Source of the DNA: a virus
Virus record (IMG/VR): IMGVR_UViG_3300048592_000244
Location: 42,114-106,113 of that record
Direction: 5' to 3' (one strand)
DNA length: 64,000 bases
The position numbers and the translations under genes are program-made. The notes under the pieces are model-generated. The model saw only the letters and a list, made by a program, of their open reading frames with translations, ran no database searches and was not told the origin of the DNA. Position 1 is the stretch's first letter. Each line of letters begins with the position of its first letter. This document shows positions 63,950 to 64,000 of this stretch, in pieces.

Positions 63950-64000
63950 AGTACGACGTTGCCACCATTGACGAGTGGCTGGAGGAAAAAGGCCATGTCG

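Noticed and set aside
1-64000. Stop-codon reassignment, suggested by frequent TAG at early gene ends
   Set aside because: Conserved genes are full length in the standard code, and TAG stops are followed by new SD/ATG starts.

Overview
A 64-kb slice of a large, GC-rich (about 60% by eye) tailed dsDNA phage or prophage with a siphovirus-like layout. No host genes, rRNA, tRNA, CRISPR array or integrase are visible. (1) 1-36.3 kb, + strand, late/structural operon: membrane and lipoprotein genes, a MuF-like head protein carrying an internal ParB/Srx-like domain, scaffold, major capsid, neck proteins, tail tube, a tail chaperone pair joined by a -1 frameshift (A AAA AAG at 14042), a 2791-aa tape measure, tail-tip and fibre genes interrupted by a NUMOD4-HNH endonuclease, and a terminal patatin-like phospholipase. 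(2) 36.3-46.7 kb, - strand: sigma-70-like factor, RuvC-like resolvase, SbcC/SbcD (gp46/47-like), 5'-3' exonuclease, RecA/UvsX, UvsW-like helicase, a short wHTH replication initiator ending on three 18-bp iterons (probable origin), and an HNH. (3) 47.0-50.0 kb, + strand: DnaB helicase and DnaG primase. (4) From 50.0 kb: an AT-rich promoter region, then about 35 small early-type genes separated by long hairpins and a stereotyped SD-TAG-NN-ATG junction. The most striking unexplained signal is genome-wide: the AT-rich pseudo-palindrome GGAAATTCC/GGAATTTCC (core GAAATT/AATTTC) is embedded about 150 times (manual count), in both orientations, mostly inside genes through atypical synonymous codons. 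All product calls come from motif recognition; no database search was run.
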